64,000 nucleotides of DNA from the NCBI GenBank assembly GCA_964536865.1, contig CAZHYN010000001.1:97824-161823 (forward strand), read 5' to 3'. Each line of letters opens with the position of its first letter. Positions within the stretch are counted from its first letter, which is position 1. The position numbers were made by a program, and so were the translations under genes. The notes beneath the pieces were generated by a model, which ran no database searches, was not told the origin of the DNA, and worked only from the letters and a program-made list of their open reading frames with translations. Shown one piece after another: positions 28,383 through 37,210 of the stretch. Source of the stretch: an uncultured Planctomycetia bacterium. GTDB lineage: Bacteria > Omnitrophota > Gorgyraeia > Duberdicusellales > 4484-171.

Positions 28383-29840
28383 ATTACCAGATATAAAATT
28401 TTTGTAAGTTCTGTCCAGAAAGAATTAGAAAAAGAAAGAGCTGCTATTGATAATTTTATTAACTCTGATGTTTTCCTTTCAGAATATTTCAATGCCTTCA
28501 TATTTGAAAAATTACCTGCCAAGGAGAAATCAGCTAAAAAAGTTTATCTCAATAAACTTAAAAATAGTGATATTTACATAGGCATTATTGGAAAAGAATA
28601 TGGAGAAATTCAAGAAAATGGATTATCTGCGTTTGAGAACGAATTTCGTCTTGCTCAACAGTTAGGCTTACCTATTTTTGTCTATATTAAAGGGAAAGCT
28701 TCTCAAGACAAAAGGCGAGATAAGAGATTGCAGAAGATAATTAAAGAGATTAAACATCCTGGGGAAGGTTACATTTACAGACGTTTCACCAGCATTGAGG
28801 AGCTTAAACGTTTGATACAATCCAGTCTAATAGAATTCTTAAGAGAAAGAGGAATTATTAGCAAAAAGATAGAAGCTTTTGAGGAGGAAGTTTGTAAAGA
28901 AGCAACTTTAAAAGACATAGATGAAGATAGAGTTGAATGGTTTTTACAGATTGCAAAAGAAAAGAGGGGTTTTTCTATTCCTGTAAGTCAAAGGTCATCT
29001 TTAAAAGATATTTTAATTCATCTTAATTTAATAAAAGAAAACAAACTTACAAATGCTGCCGTTTTGCTTTTTGGTAAAGACCCTTCTAAATTTTTCCATC
29101 AAGCAGAAATAAAATGTTTACATCTTCCCGGGGTAGAAATTTGCAAACCGTTTTTATCCTATAAAATCTACAACCAGAATTTATTTGAACAGATAGATAA
29201 AGCTATAAGTTTTGTATTAGATGCTATCAGACAAAGCGTTATTCAGCAAGAACATACTCCTCAATTTTACCGTCCTTTTGAAATTCCTGTATTTGCCATT
29301 CAAGAAGCGATAGTTAACGCTGTTGCCCACCGAAATTATAATAACACTGCAGGGGTTCAGGTGTTGGTTTTTGTAGATAGAGTAGAGGTGTGGAGCCCAG
29401 GAAGACTTCCTCCAGCTTTAACTGTAGAGGATTTAAAGAAACCGCATACTTCATATCCCACAAATCCTCTTATTGCACGAATTTTATTTCTTGCTAACTA
29501 CATCCAGAAAGCAGGAACAGGAACATTAGAGATGGTAAAACAATGTAGAGAACATGGAATTCCTGAACCGCAATTTGTTACTATACGTGATGTAGAATTC
29601 AGAACCATTCTGCCCCGAGATATTTACACAATATCTTTCTTAAAACAAGCGGGATTAAATGAAAGACAAATACAGGCAGTAAAGATTGTTAAAGAAAAAG
29701 GAGCTATTAGTCTTTCTGATTTGCAAAATATCTATAAGAATATTACTCGCAAAACCTTATATCGTGATTTACAAACTCTTGTAAATAAAGGTATTCTTAA
29801 AGCAAGAGGAGACAAAAGGGGGCGTAAATACTCTTTTTAG
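28383..29840 (+). CDS. DUF4062 N-terminal domain + HATPase_c_4 + C-terminal wHTH protein; start codon uncertain
   Basis: In-frame extension upstream of ORF 28728 encodes YKIFVSSVQKELEKERAAIDNFI (DUF4062-like). No ATG/GTG/TTG follows the stop at 28362 until TTG at 28728. Strong RBS AAAGGAGG at 28369 followed by ATA/ATT. C-terminal part has the HATPase_c_4 motif AIVNAVAHRNY. Confidence 0.45.
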   Translation: MTRYKIFVSSVQKELEKERAAIDNFINSDVFLSEYFNAFIFEKLPAKEKSAKKVYLNKLKNSDIYIGIIGKEYGEIQENGLSAFENEFRLAQQLGLPIFVYIKGKASQDKRRDKRLQKIIKEIKHPGEGYIYRRFTSIEELKRLIQSSLIEFLRERGIISKKIEAFEEEVCKEATLKDIDEDRVEWFLQIAKEKRGFSIPVSQRSSLKDILIHLNLIKENKLTNAAVLLFGKDPSKFFHQAEIKCLHLPGVEICKPFLSYKIYNQNLFEQIDKAISFVLDAIRQSVIQQEHTPQFYRPFEIPVFAIQEAIVNAVAHRNYNNTAGVQVLVFVDRVEVWSPGRLPPALTVEDLKKPHTSYPTNPLIARILFLANYIQKAGTGTLEMVKQCREHGIPEPQFVTIRDVEFRTILPRDIYTISFLKQAGLNERQIQAVKIVKEKGAISLSDLQNIYKNITRKTLYRDLQTLVNKGILKARGDKRGRKYSF

Positions 29841-29845
29841 AATTT

Positions 29846-29880
29846 GGGACATTTATGGGACATTTGGGACATTTATGGGA
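29846..29880 (+). repeat. tandem repeat (GGGACATTTAT)x3 upstream of RadC copy 1
   Basis: GGGACATTTATGGGACATTTGGGACATTTATGGGA read directly. Confidence 0.7.
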
Positions 29881-29979
29881 TAGATATAAGACATATTTTC
29901 CCCGCTATACTTTGGGGCAGATTTTCTCTATCGGAAAATTTAGTGAACAATGGAAGCTTGAGGGAAGGAAGATAGGAAA

Positions 29980-30693
29980 ATGAAAAATAAATCAAAACAA
30001 CGTAAAGTTTATGAGAAAGCAATAAAAAATTGGCCAAAGGACGAACGTCCCAGAGAGAAGCTTTTTAAATTAGGAGAACACAAACTTTCCAATACAGAAC
30101 TTTTAGCTATTTTGCTTCGCAGTGGTATAAAGGGAGAAAGTGCTGTTGACCTGGCAAGAAGAATCATTCAAAAATTCAGAACTTTCAGAAATATGAGCCA
30201 TACAGATATAAGAGACTGGAAAGAATTTAAAGGTTTAGGTCAGGCAAAAATAGCCCAGATTAAAGCAGCAATTGAAATAGGAAGAAGATTTAGAGAAGAG
30301 GAAATAAAAGAAAAACCTCCTCAGATAAAATCCTCCTGTGATGTTGTAGAAATTATGATGCCAAGAATGAGAGACTTAAAGAAAGAAGTATTTAAAATAC
30401 TCCTTCTAAATTCCAAAAACAGGATTCTTGATATTGTAGAAATAACTCAGGGCACAGTAAACCAGGCAAACCCCATAATAAGAGAAATATTTGAAAAATC
30501 TTTACAATCCTATGCTTCATCCATCATCTGCGTCCACAACCATCCTTCCGGAGATCCTAAACCCAGCAAAGAAGACGAAGAATTCACTAAAAGCTTAACT
30601 AAAGCAGGAGAAATTCTAAACATAAAAGTATTGGACCATATCATAATAGGAGATGATGAATACTATAGTTTTGCTGATGAAGGGACGATATAA
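29980..30693 (+). CDS. radC: RadC-like JAB/MPN domain protein (copy 1)
   Basis: HhH-like N-terminus (LSNTELLAILLRSG) and JAMM motif HNHPSGDPKPSKED. Confidence 0.8.
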   Translation: MKNKSKQRKVYEKAIKNWPKDERPREKLFKLGEHKLSNTELLAILLRSGIKGESAVDLARRIIQKFRTFRNMSHTDIRDWKEFKGLGQAKIAQIKAAIEIGRRFREEEIKEKPPQIKSSCDVVEIMMPRMRDLKKEVFKILLLNSKNRILDIVEITQGTVNQANPIIREIFEKSLQSYASSIICVHNHPSGDPKPSKEDEEFTKSLTKAGEILNIKVLDHIIIGDDEYYSFADEGTI

Positions 30694-30990
30694 TTATTTA
30701 GATTGAAGAGGTATAATAAGGAAAAATTTTTTAAGAGTTAGAAGGCCAATTTATTGAGAAAATTTGCTAAAGATATGGTTTTTATAAATGATTTAAGAGG
30801 AAAGTTAGAATATAAAAAATAAAAGAGAGGCATTACCGCGGGACTAACCCCTTTGGATAGCCTCTCATCGTGATTCAACTTAAGTATATAACATAACCTT
30901 ATGAATATCAAGGAGGTTTGTGAATTTTTATAGATTTGCTTAGAAATTTAACCAAAGAAATCATCGTAGCCATAGAAAATCAAGAATGAT

Positions 30991-32385
30991 ATGACCAAGA
31001 AAGAACTAAATATAATTTTAAAAGAAGGTGAAGGATACAAGATTGAATTTAAAGAGAAGGTAAGTAATATCGAGAAGGAGTTGGTAGCATTTGCCAATTC
31101 CTCTGGTGGCAGGATACTGCTTGGGGTAACCGACGATGGTAAGATTAAGGGAATAAATGTAACCAATAGACTGAAATCTATGATTCAAGATATAGCGAAT
31201 AATTGCCGTCCGCCAATTAAGATTTCTTTTGAAAGCATAGGTAACGTTCTTGCGGTTAATGTAAAAGAAGGAGAAGATAAACCCTATGAATGCACTTCTG
31301 GTTTTTACAAAAGAATGGGGCCAAATTCTCAGAAAATGACAAGAAACGAACTAATTAGATTCTTTAAAGCAGAGGGAAAAATCAGGTTTGACGAACTTAT
31401 AGAGCCAAAGTTTAGTTATCCTAAAGATTTTGACAAAGGGAAATTTAAAAGATTCTTGCAATTGGCCGATATCTCCAGAGTGGGAAGTGCAGAAAAATTA
31501 CTTGTTAGTTTAGGGGTGGCTGAGAAACAGGAAGGCAGACTCTACTTTAATAATGCCGGTATACTTTTCTTTGCTAAAGAACCACAGAGGTTTATTCCCT
31601 GGTCAGTGTATACTGTGGCATTATTTAAAGATGAAGCAGGAGTTGATATTATAGACAGAAAAGAGATAACTGGCAGTTTATTTGAGATTGTAGAGGAGGT
31701 AATGAAATTTGTAAGGCTTTATACAAAAGTTGCCTACCGTTTTACCGGCAGACCTCGCAGAGAAAATGTATATGAATACGCTTTTGATGCAATCAGGGAG
31801 GCAGTAATAAATTCAGTAATGCATAAATATTACTTTGAACATGGACACAACAATATCTTGAGATTCTTCCCTGACCGAATAAGGATTGAGAACTACTGGC
31901 AAAAGCCTGGCCATTTTGTTCTTGGCAAAACTGTCTTTAGAAGAAACCATATTATCGCTGATTTGTTTTCCAAAATTCATTTCGGCGAGAAAATGGGTAC
32001 AGGTTTTGAGAGAATAAGACAAATATGTAAAAAAGAAAAAGCCCCTTATCCTGATATTGAGTTTACCGAAAATTACTTCTATATAACTTTCAAGCAGAGC
32101 TATGAATACTTAAAACTTGCTGGGAAGCGTCCTCCTAAAGAAGGGTCTTTAACTACTACCCAGAAACAGAAAACTGTGGAGAAAACTGTGGAGAAAACTG
32201 TGGAGAAGATTCTGCATTTGATTAAAGAAAATCCCAAAATAACAATGAGAGAAATAGAACGGGTAACCGGTTTAAGCAGACGAGGCGTTGAATGGAATAT
32301 TGCCAAACTCAAAAAAGAAGGTCAAATCAAACGCATTGGTCCTGATAGAGGCGGGTATTGGCAAATTGTGGCAGAGAAAAAATAA
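30991..32385 (+). CDS. AlbA_2 (Schlafen-like divergent AAA) + HATPase_c_4 + wHTH protein
   Basis: AlbA_2 N-terminus (EGEGYKIEFKEKVSNIEKELVAFANSSGGRILLGV) and HATPase_c_4-like (AIREAVINSVMHKYY). In-frame 3x repeat TVEKTVEKTVEK before the C-terminal wHTH. Confidence 0.7.
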   Translation: MTKKELNIILKEGEGYKIEFKEKVSNIEKELVAFANSSGGRILLGVTDDGKIKGINVTNRLKSMIQDIANNCRPPIKISFESIGNVLAVNVKEGEDKPYECTSGFYKRMGPNSQKMTRNELIRFFKAEGKIRFDELIEPKFSYPKDFDKGKFKRFLQLADISRVGSAEKLLVSLGVAEKQEGRLYFNNAGILFFAKEPQRFIPWSVYTVALFKDEAGVDIIDRKEITGSLFEIVEEVMKFVRLYTKVAYRFTGRPRRENVYEYAFDAIREAVINSVMHKYYFEHGHNNILRFFPDRIRIENYWQKPGHFVLGKTVFRRNHIIADLFSKIHFGEKMGTGFERIRQICKKEKAPYPDIEFTENYFYITFKQSYEYLKLAGKRPPKEGSLTTTQKQKTVEKTVEKTVEKILHLIKENPKITMREIERVTGLSRRGVEWNIAKLKKEGQIKRIGPDRGGYWQIVAEKK

Positions 32386-32585
32386 TGAGCAGGCAAGTTT
32401 TATCCGATATAATTAAAGAATTCTCTCCCACTGTAGAAGAAATAGCCCAAGCCCTTAAACTTCATCCTTACACCATTCGCAGGCTTTGCCGTGAAGGTGA
32501 AATCCCAGCTTTTTCCGCCATACTTTATGGCGGATCCGCCTCTGGCGAAAAATTTGGCGCTTCCGTTTTGATGTTAAGGAGATAG
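32358..32585 (+). CDS. excisionase-family (Xis/HTH_17-like) DNA-binding protein
   Basis: 75 aa. EIAQALKLHPYTIRRLCREGEIPAF; paralog of 26305..26484. Confidence 0.55.
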   Translation: MANCGREKIMSRQVLSDIIKEFSPTVEEIAQALKLHPYTIRRLCREGEIPAFSAILYGGSASGEKFGASVLMLRR

Positions 32586-32590
32586 AAGAA

Positions 32591-33307
32591 GTGGAAAAGA
32601 AATCAAGGCACTACAAAGTTTATGAGAAAGCAATAAAGAACTGGCCTGAAGATGAACGTCCCAGAGAGAAGCTTTTTAAATTAGGAGAACACAAACTTTC
32701 CAATACTGAACTTTTAGCTATCTTACTCCGTAGTGGTATAAAAGGAGAAAGTGCAATTGACTTGGCAAGGAGAATCATTCAAAAATTCAAAACCTTCAGG
32801 AATATGAGTCATACCAATTTAAATGATTGGAAAGAATTTAAAGGTTTAGGTCAGGCAAAAATAGCCCAGATTAAAGCAGCAATTGAAATAGGAAGAAGAT
32901 TTAGAGAAGAGGAAATAAAAGAAAAACCTCCTCAGATAAAATCCTCCTGTGATGTTGTAGAAATTATGATGCCAAGAATGAGAGACTTAAAGAAAGAAGT
33001 ATTTAAAATACTCCTTCTAAATTCCAAAAACAGGATTCTTGATATTGTAGAAATAACTCAGGGCACAGTAAACCAGGCAAACCCCATAATAAGAGAAATA
33101 TTTGAAAAATCTTTACAATCCTATGCTTCATCCATCATCTGCGTCCACAACCATCCTTCCGGAGATCCTAAACCCAGCAAAGAAGACGAAGAATTCACTA
33201 AAAGCTTAACTAAAGCAGGAGAAATTCTAAACATAAAAGTATTGGACCATATCATAATAGGAGATAATAAATATTACAGTTTTGCTGATGAGGGAAAAAT
33301 AAGGTGA
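32591..33307 (+). CDS. radC: RadC-like JAB/MPN domain protein (copy 2)
   Basis: Near-identical to 29980..30693 after the first ~10 codons. HNHPSGDP motif. Confidence 0.8.
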   Translation: MEKKSRHYKVYEKAIKNWPEDERPREKLFKLGEHKLSNTELLAILLRSGIKGESAIDLARRIIQKFKTFRNMSHTNLNDWKEFKGLGQAKIAQIKAAIEIGRRFREEEIKEKPPQIKSSCDVVEIMMPRMRDLKKEVFKILLLNSKNRILDIVEITQGTVNQANPIIREIFEKSLQSYASSIICVHNHPSGDPKPSKEDEEFTKSLTKAGEILNIKVLDHIIIGDNKYYSFADEGKIR

Positions 33308-33316
33308 GGCAAAATA

Positions 33317-33409
33317 ATGAGAGAAAAAGATATCAATTTTGAAGAAAAACTCTGGAAGGCAGCAGATAGAGAAAATATTATAAAAACTTTCCCAAAATTC
33401 AACGAATAA
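33317..33409 (+). pseudogene. 30-codon N-terminal fragment resembling HsdM N-terminus
   Basis: MREKDINFEEKLWKAADREN matches the HsdM_N LWxAADxLRG-type motif, then terminates. Confidence 0.3.
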
Positions 33410-33474
33410 CCCTAACCAAAACCGACCAACACACAATTCGCTTCCTCAAAATCTTAACCCAGGTAACCCGTGCC

Positions 33475-33552
33475 ATTAAAGGTGGTATCTTTTACCCCAG
33501 CAAATCTTTTTATTGTAATGTATGCGGGTATAGGGAATTGTGCAGGAAGTGA
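33475..33552 (+). pseudogene. second C-terminal remnant of Cas4/PDDEXK-like nuclease (CX2CX5C)
   Basis: ...IKGGIFYPSKSFYCNVCGYRELCRK*. Near-identical DNA to 25214..25262. Confidence 0.35.
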
Positions 33553-33580
33553 TAAATCTAATTAAATTTTAATTTTTCTC

Positions 33581-33608
33581 TTGACAATAATAAAATAACT
33601 TATAAAAT
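33581..33608 (+). promoter_or_regulatory. putative sigma70-like promoter upstream of hsdM
   Basis: TTGACA at 33581..33586, 16-nt AT-rich spacer, TAAAAT at 33603..33608. Confidence 0.35.
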
Positions 33609-33647
33609 AAGTTTTAAAGAAAAAACTTATAGAAATGGAGGTACACG

Positions 33648-35435
33648 ATGATGCCCAATTGGCTTAATAGAAGATATGAAATTTTATGGGGAGCATTTCA
33701 ATCTTCTCCTTTCTGTGTCGAAGATGCTACACGCGTGCTTAAAGAAAAATTTGATGATAGTGAGGAACAGATTAATGTTGTACTCTCGGAACTAAGAAAA
33801 GAAGGTATGCTTAAAGTAGAATTTGATCCCACTGACGCAAGGAAAAGAGTCTATCAACTTATAAGTAGAGAGCAAATAATTTCTGAGAGATTCTCCATTA
33901 CAAATAAGCAATTAACAAGAGGAGATCTTGAAGGGCTTCTCAAGGCAGCAGCAGATCTCATAAGAACAAGGGTCGATTATACTTTTATCCTCGTTCTTCT
34001 TTTCTACAAAAGAATTAGTGACAAATGGAAGATGGAATTTGAGAATGCATATAAAGAAGCACTTGCTGATGGATTGAGTGAAGAAGAAGCAAAGAAGGAG
34101 GCAAGAAATGCCATATATCATGACTTTGATATTCCTGAGGAGTTTCTCTGGGAGAATATAAGGAAGGAACCAACCAGATTACCTGAAAATTTTTCCAAAG
34201 CAATGAAAGTTTTGGCAGAAAGGAACTCCGGACTTAAGGATGTATTTGAGAATGTAGATTTTGTTCAATTTACCACCAATAGAGAAAATGCTGAAGTTTT
34301 AAGACAATTAGTTGAACTTTTCAGTGCTAAAGCGTTACACCATGTATCCCCTGATATTCTTGGAGATGCTTACGAGTGGATATTAAGGTACTTTGCCCCT
34401 CAGAAAGCTAAGGAAGGAGAAGTCTACACTCCAAAAGAGGTTATCAATCTCATTATTGAAATGGTCGATCCAAAACCAGGTGAAAGTGTATATGACCCAG
34501 CCTGTGGTTCGGGTGGTATGCTTATCAGCGCTTATAAGCATGTTGAAAATAATCTTGGCAGGAACGAAGCAGATAAGCTCTTTCTCTTTGGGCAGGAATA
34601 CAATCACAAGACTCTTGCTCTTGCTAAAATGAATCTTTACATCCATGATATCAGGAATGGTCAGCTTGCTCTGGGAGACACATTGCTTTATCCCAAATTT
34701 AAGGAAGGTAACCTGCCTGCGTCCGCAGGACAGTCAGGTAAGTTAAAGAAATTCGATGTTGTTATAGCCAATCCCCCGTGGAATCAAGATGGATATAGTG
34801 AGGAGACTCTTAAAAAAGGTGAGTTCTGGCGGGAGAGATTCAACTTCGGGTTCACACCAAAACAATCAGCAGACTGGGCATGGATAGAGCACATGTTAGC
34901 TTCAGCAAAGGAGAGAGGTGGCAGAGTGGGGGTTGTTATAGATAATGGTTGCCTTTTTAGAGGCGGGAAGGAGAAGGCGATAAGAACAAGTATCGTCAAT
35001 GCTGACCTGATAGAGGCTGTTATTCTTCTCCCTGAAAAACTCTTTTATAATACTGGAGCACCAGGAGCAGTAATTGTTCTTAATAAAAATAAACCAAAGG
35101 CAAGGAAAGGAAAAGTCTTATTCATAAATGCAAGCAATGAATACGAGCAACATCCAAGTGTTCGGAAACTCAACCGTTTGGGAGATGAGCATATAGAGAA
35201 GATAGTCAAAGCATATAAAGAGTTTAGAGACTCAGGTGGATTTTCAAAGGTTGTAGAGATTGAGAAGATAAAAGAGAACGGCTATAACCTGAATGTCACG
35301 CTATATGTATTCCCGGAAGAGGAGATTGAGGAGATAGATGTAACTAAAGAGTGGGAAGGACTGCGTAAGGTAGAAAGGGAACTTGTGGAGGTTGAAAAGA
35401 AGATTGAGGGATATCTAAAAGAATTAAAATACTGA
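33648..35435 (+). CDS. hsdM: type I restriction-modification system methyltransferase subunit
   Basis: 595 aa. HsdM_N motif LLKAAADLIR, SAM motif DPACGSGGML and catalytic NPPW (VVIANPPWNQ). Confidence 0.9.
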   Translation: MMPNWLNRRYEILWGAFQSSPFCVEDATRVLKEKFDDSEEQINVVLSELRKEGMLKVEFDPTDARKRVYQLISREQIISERFSITNKQLTRGDLEGLLKAAADLIRTRVDYTFILVLLFYKRISDKWKMEFENAYKEALADGLSEEEAKKEARNAIYHDFDIPEEFLWENIRKEPTRLPENFSKAMKVLAERNSGLKDVFENVDFVQFTTNRENAEVLRQLVELFSAKALHHVSPDILGDAYEWILRYFAPQKAKEGEVYTPKEVINLIIEMVDPKPGESVYDPACGSGGMLISAYKHVENNLGRNEADKLFLFGQEYNHKTLALAKMNLYIHDIRNGQLALGDTLLYPKFKEGNLPASAGQSGKLKKFDVVIANPPWNQDGYSEETLKKGEFWRERFNFGFTPKQSADWAWIEHMLASAKERGGRVGVVIDNGCLFRGGKEKAIRTSIVNADLIEAVILLPEKLFYNTGAPGAVIVLNKNKPKARKGKVLFINASNEYEQHPSVRKLNRLGDEHIEKIVKAYKEFRDSGGFSKVVEIEKIKENGYNLNVTLYVFPEEEIEEIDVTKEWEGLRKVERELVEVEKKIEGYLKELKY

Positions 35436-35443
35436 TCAATGAC

Positions 35444-36976
35444 ATGCAAACTAATACTTTAAAAGAAATAATCAATAAATGGAGAGGTAAAGAAGGAGAA
35501 CGTATTGAATATAAACTCTCTGCTTCTACTTTATCAAAAGACATATGGGAAACCGTATCTGCTTTTTCAAACGAAGGCGGCGGTGTAATTCTACTTGGGT
35601 ATAAAAAAATCGGTAAGAAATATGTTCCCGTAGGAGTTAAAGATCCCTCAAAAATTCTTGATGATTTTACTTCTACTGTTAGTCAAAAATTCAATTTTTG
35701 TCCTGTTGTCTCTGCAAAGATTGTTGAAGACAGTGGTAAACCCACAATAGTTATAGAAGTAAAAGAAGCTCCACGGTATCAAAAGCCCATTTATATAAAA
35801 GATGCAGGTCCTCTTAAAGGAGGATTTAAAAGGGTTGGTGCTACAGACATTAGGCTTACAGACGAGGATGTGTATAGATATTATCTGGAAAGAATGGGAG
35901 CTCCTGATGCTCAACCAATAAATGGAACTACATTAGATGATATTGATCCTGCTACTCTTACAGCGTTTCGGAACTTAAGGAGAATTATAAATCCCAATGC
36001 TCCGGAATTAAGGTTTGATGATAAAGAACTTCTAAAGGCATACAACTTACTATCCAAAGACTCCGAAACATTAACAACTGCGGGCTTACTTCTTTTTGGA
36101 AGAGAAGAGATAGTGAAAAGACATTTTCCAGCGGTTCGGCTTGATGTCATAAGGGTAAAAGGTATCGAATGGGGCAAAGACAGAGACCCCTTTCTCTCCA
36201 GAGATTTAACAGGAAATCTCATAACTCTGCGTTCATTAGCGATAGATTTTCTGGATAGGTTCTTCCTTGTTCCTTTCCATACGGATAAAAGAGGTGAGAG
36301 GATAGAAGAAAATGCTCATCGCAAAGCCCTGAGAGAAGCACTTACCAATCTTTTAATGCACCAGAACTATTTTCACCGCAGTCCTGCACAGATAAGAATT
36401 TATAACGATAGGATTGAATTTTATAACCCTGGCTATTCTTTGAAGGATCCATCTTTATTTGATTCTCCTGGTTCTGAGTTAAGGAATCCTTCAATTGCGG
36501 CGGTTTTTTATGATATTGGTTGGGCAGAGGCGAAAGGGACAGGGCTTAAAACCACTATTGAATCACTTAAGAGTGAGGGTTACCCTATCCCTGAGTATTT
36601 AAATGACATCAAACATGACACTTTTACTTTGGTGCTTCCCCATCCAATAGTAGAAGTCACCGAACAAGTCACCGAACAAGTCACCGAACAAGTTGCGAAC
36701 ATGATGGACCGGAGGGCTATGACTCTGGAATTCTGTAAGGAGCCGAGGTCTTTAAAAGAAATAATGCAGTTTCTTGGGCTTAAACACCGACCCAATTTTA
36801 TAGAAAAGGTGTTGAATCCTCTTCTTGAAGCAGGGTTGTTAAAAAGAACGATCCCAGACAGGCCAAGAAGCAGGTTTCAAAAATATGTGGCTGTGAAGAA
36901 GGAGGCACATTATGGCAAAAAACAAGCACGATCAAATAGCAGAGAGGTTGGCAAAGAAGTTTGGGGTGGAGTATAA
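35444..36976 (+). CDS. AlbA_2 + HATPase_c_4 + wHTH protein, embedded in the RM operon
   Basis: AlbA_2-like N-terminus (IEYKLS...VSAFSNEGGGVILLGY) and HATPase_c_4-like (REALTNLLMHQNYF). In-frame 3x VTEQ repeat. Starts 9 nt after the hsdM stop. Confidence 0.7.
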   Translation: MQTNTLKEIINKWRGKEGERIEYKLSASTLSKDIWETVSAFSNEGGGVILLGYKKIGKKYVPVGVKDPSKILDDFTSTVSQKFNFCPVVSAKIVEDSGKPTIVIEVKEAPRYQKPIYIKDAGPLKGGFKRVGATDIRLTDEDVYRYYLERMGAPDAQPINGTTLDDIDPATLTAFRNLRRIINPNAPELRFDDKELLKAYNLLSKDSETLTTAGLLLFGREEIVKRHFPAVRLDVIRVKGIEWGKDRDPFLSRDLTGNLITLRSLAIDFLDRFFLVPFHTDKRGERIEENAHRKALREALTNLLMHQNYFHRSPAQIRIYNDRIEFYNPGYSLKDPSLFDSPGSELRNPSIAAVFYDIGWAEAKGTGLKTTIESLKSEGYPIPEYLNDIKHDTFTLVLPHPIVEVTEQVTEQVTEQVANMMDRRAMTLEFCKEPRSLKEIMQFLGLKHRPNFIEKVLNPLLEAGLLKRTIPDRPRSRFQKYVAVKKEAHYGKKQARSNSREVGKEVWGGV

Positions 36977-37208
36977 GAAAAGTAAAGGTATTGATATTGT
37001 AACCAAAGAGAAAGTTATCGAAGTTGAAACTAAGAAAGGTTCTTTATACCAAGGAATAAATCAGATAAAAAGAGCTTCTAAAGCAAGGTATGTTGCAGTT
37101 AATAAATTAAATATTAACAATGCTTTAAAGGCTACGAAAGGAACCGGTATAGGAATTATGGGACCTACTGGAAGGATAATAAAGAGAGCGAGAAGAAATA
37201 AGAAATAA
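36912..37208 (+). CDS. minimal PD-(D/E)XK fold protein (YraN/UPF0102-like) with basic tail
   Basis: 98 aa. GIDIVTKEKVIEVETKK fits the hhDhh...(D/E)hK pattern. Lys/Arg-rich C-terminus. Overlaps the upstream gene by 65 nt; the next gene starts 3 nt after its stop. Confidence 0.35.
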   Translation: MAKNKHDQIAERLAKKFGVEYKKSKGIDIVTKEKVIEVETKKGSLYQGINQIKRASKARYVAVNKLNINNALKATKGTGIGIMGPTGRIIKRARRNKK

Positions 37209-37210
37209 AA

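Noticed and set aside
29846-29880. Tandem GGGACATTTAT repeat as a minisatellite-encoded peptide
   Set aside because: It lies in an intergenic leader with no RBS or start. More likely a promoter or operator-region repeat.
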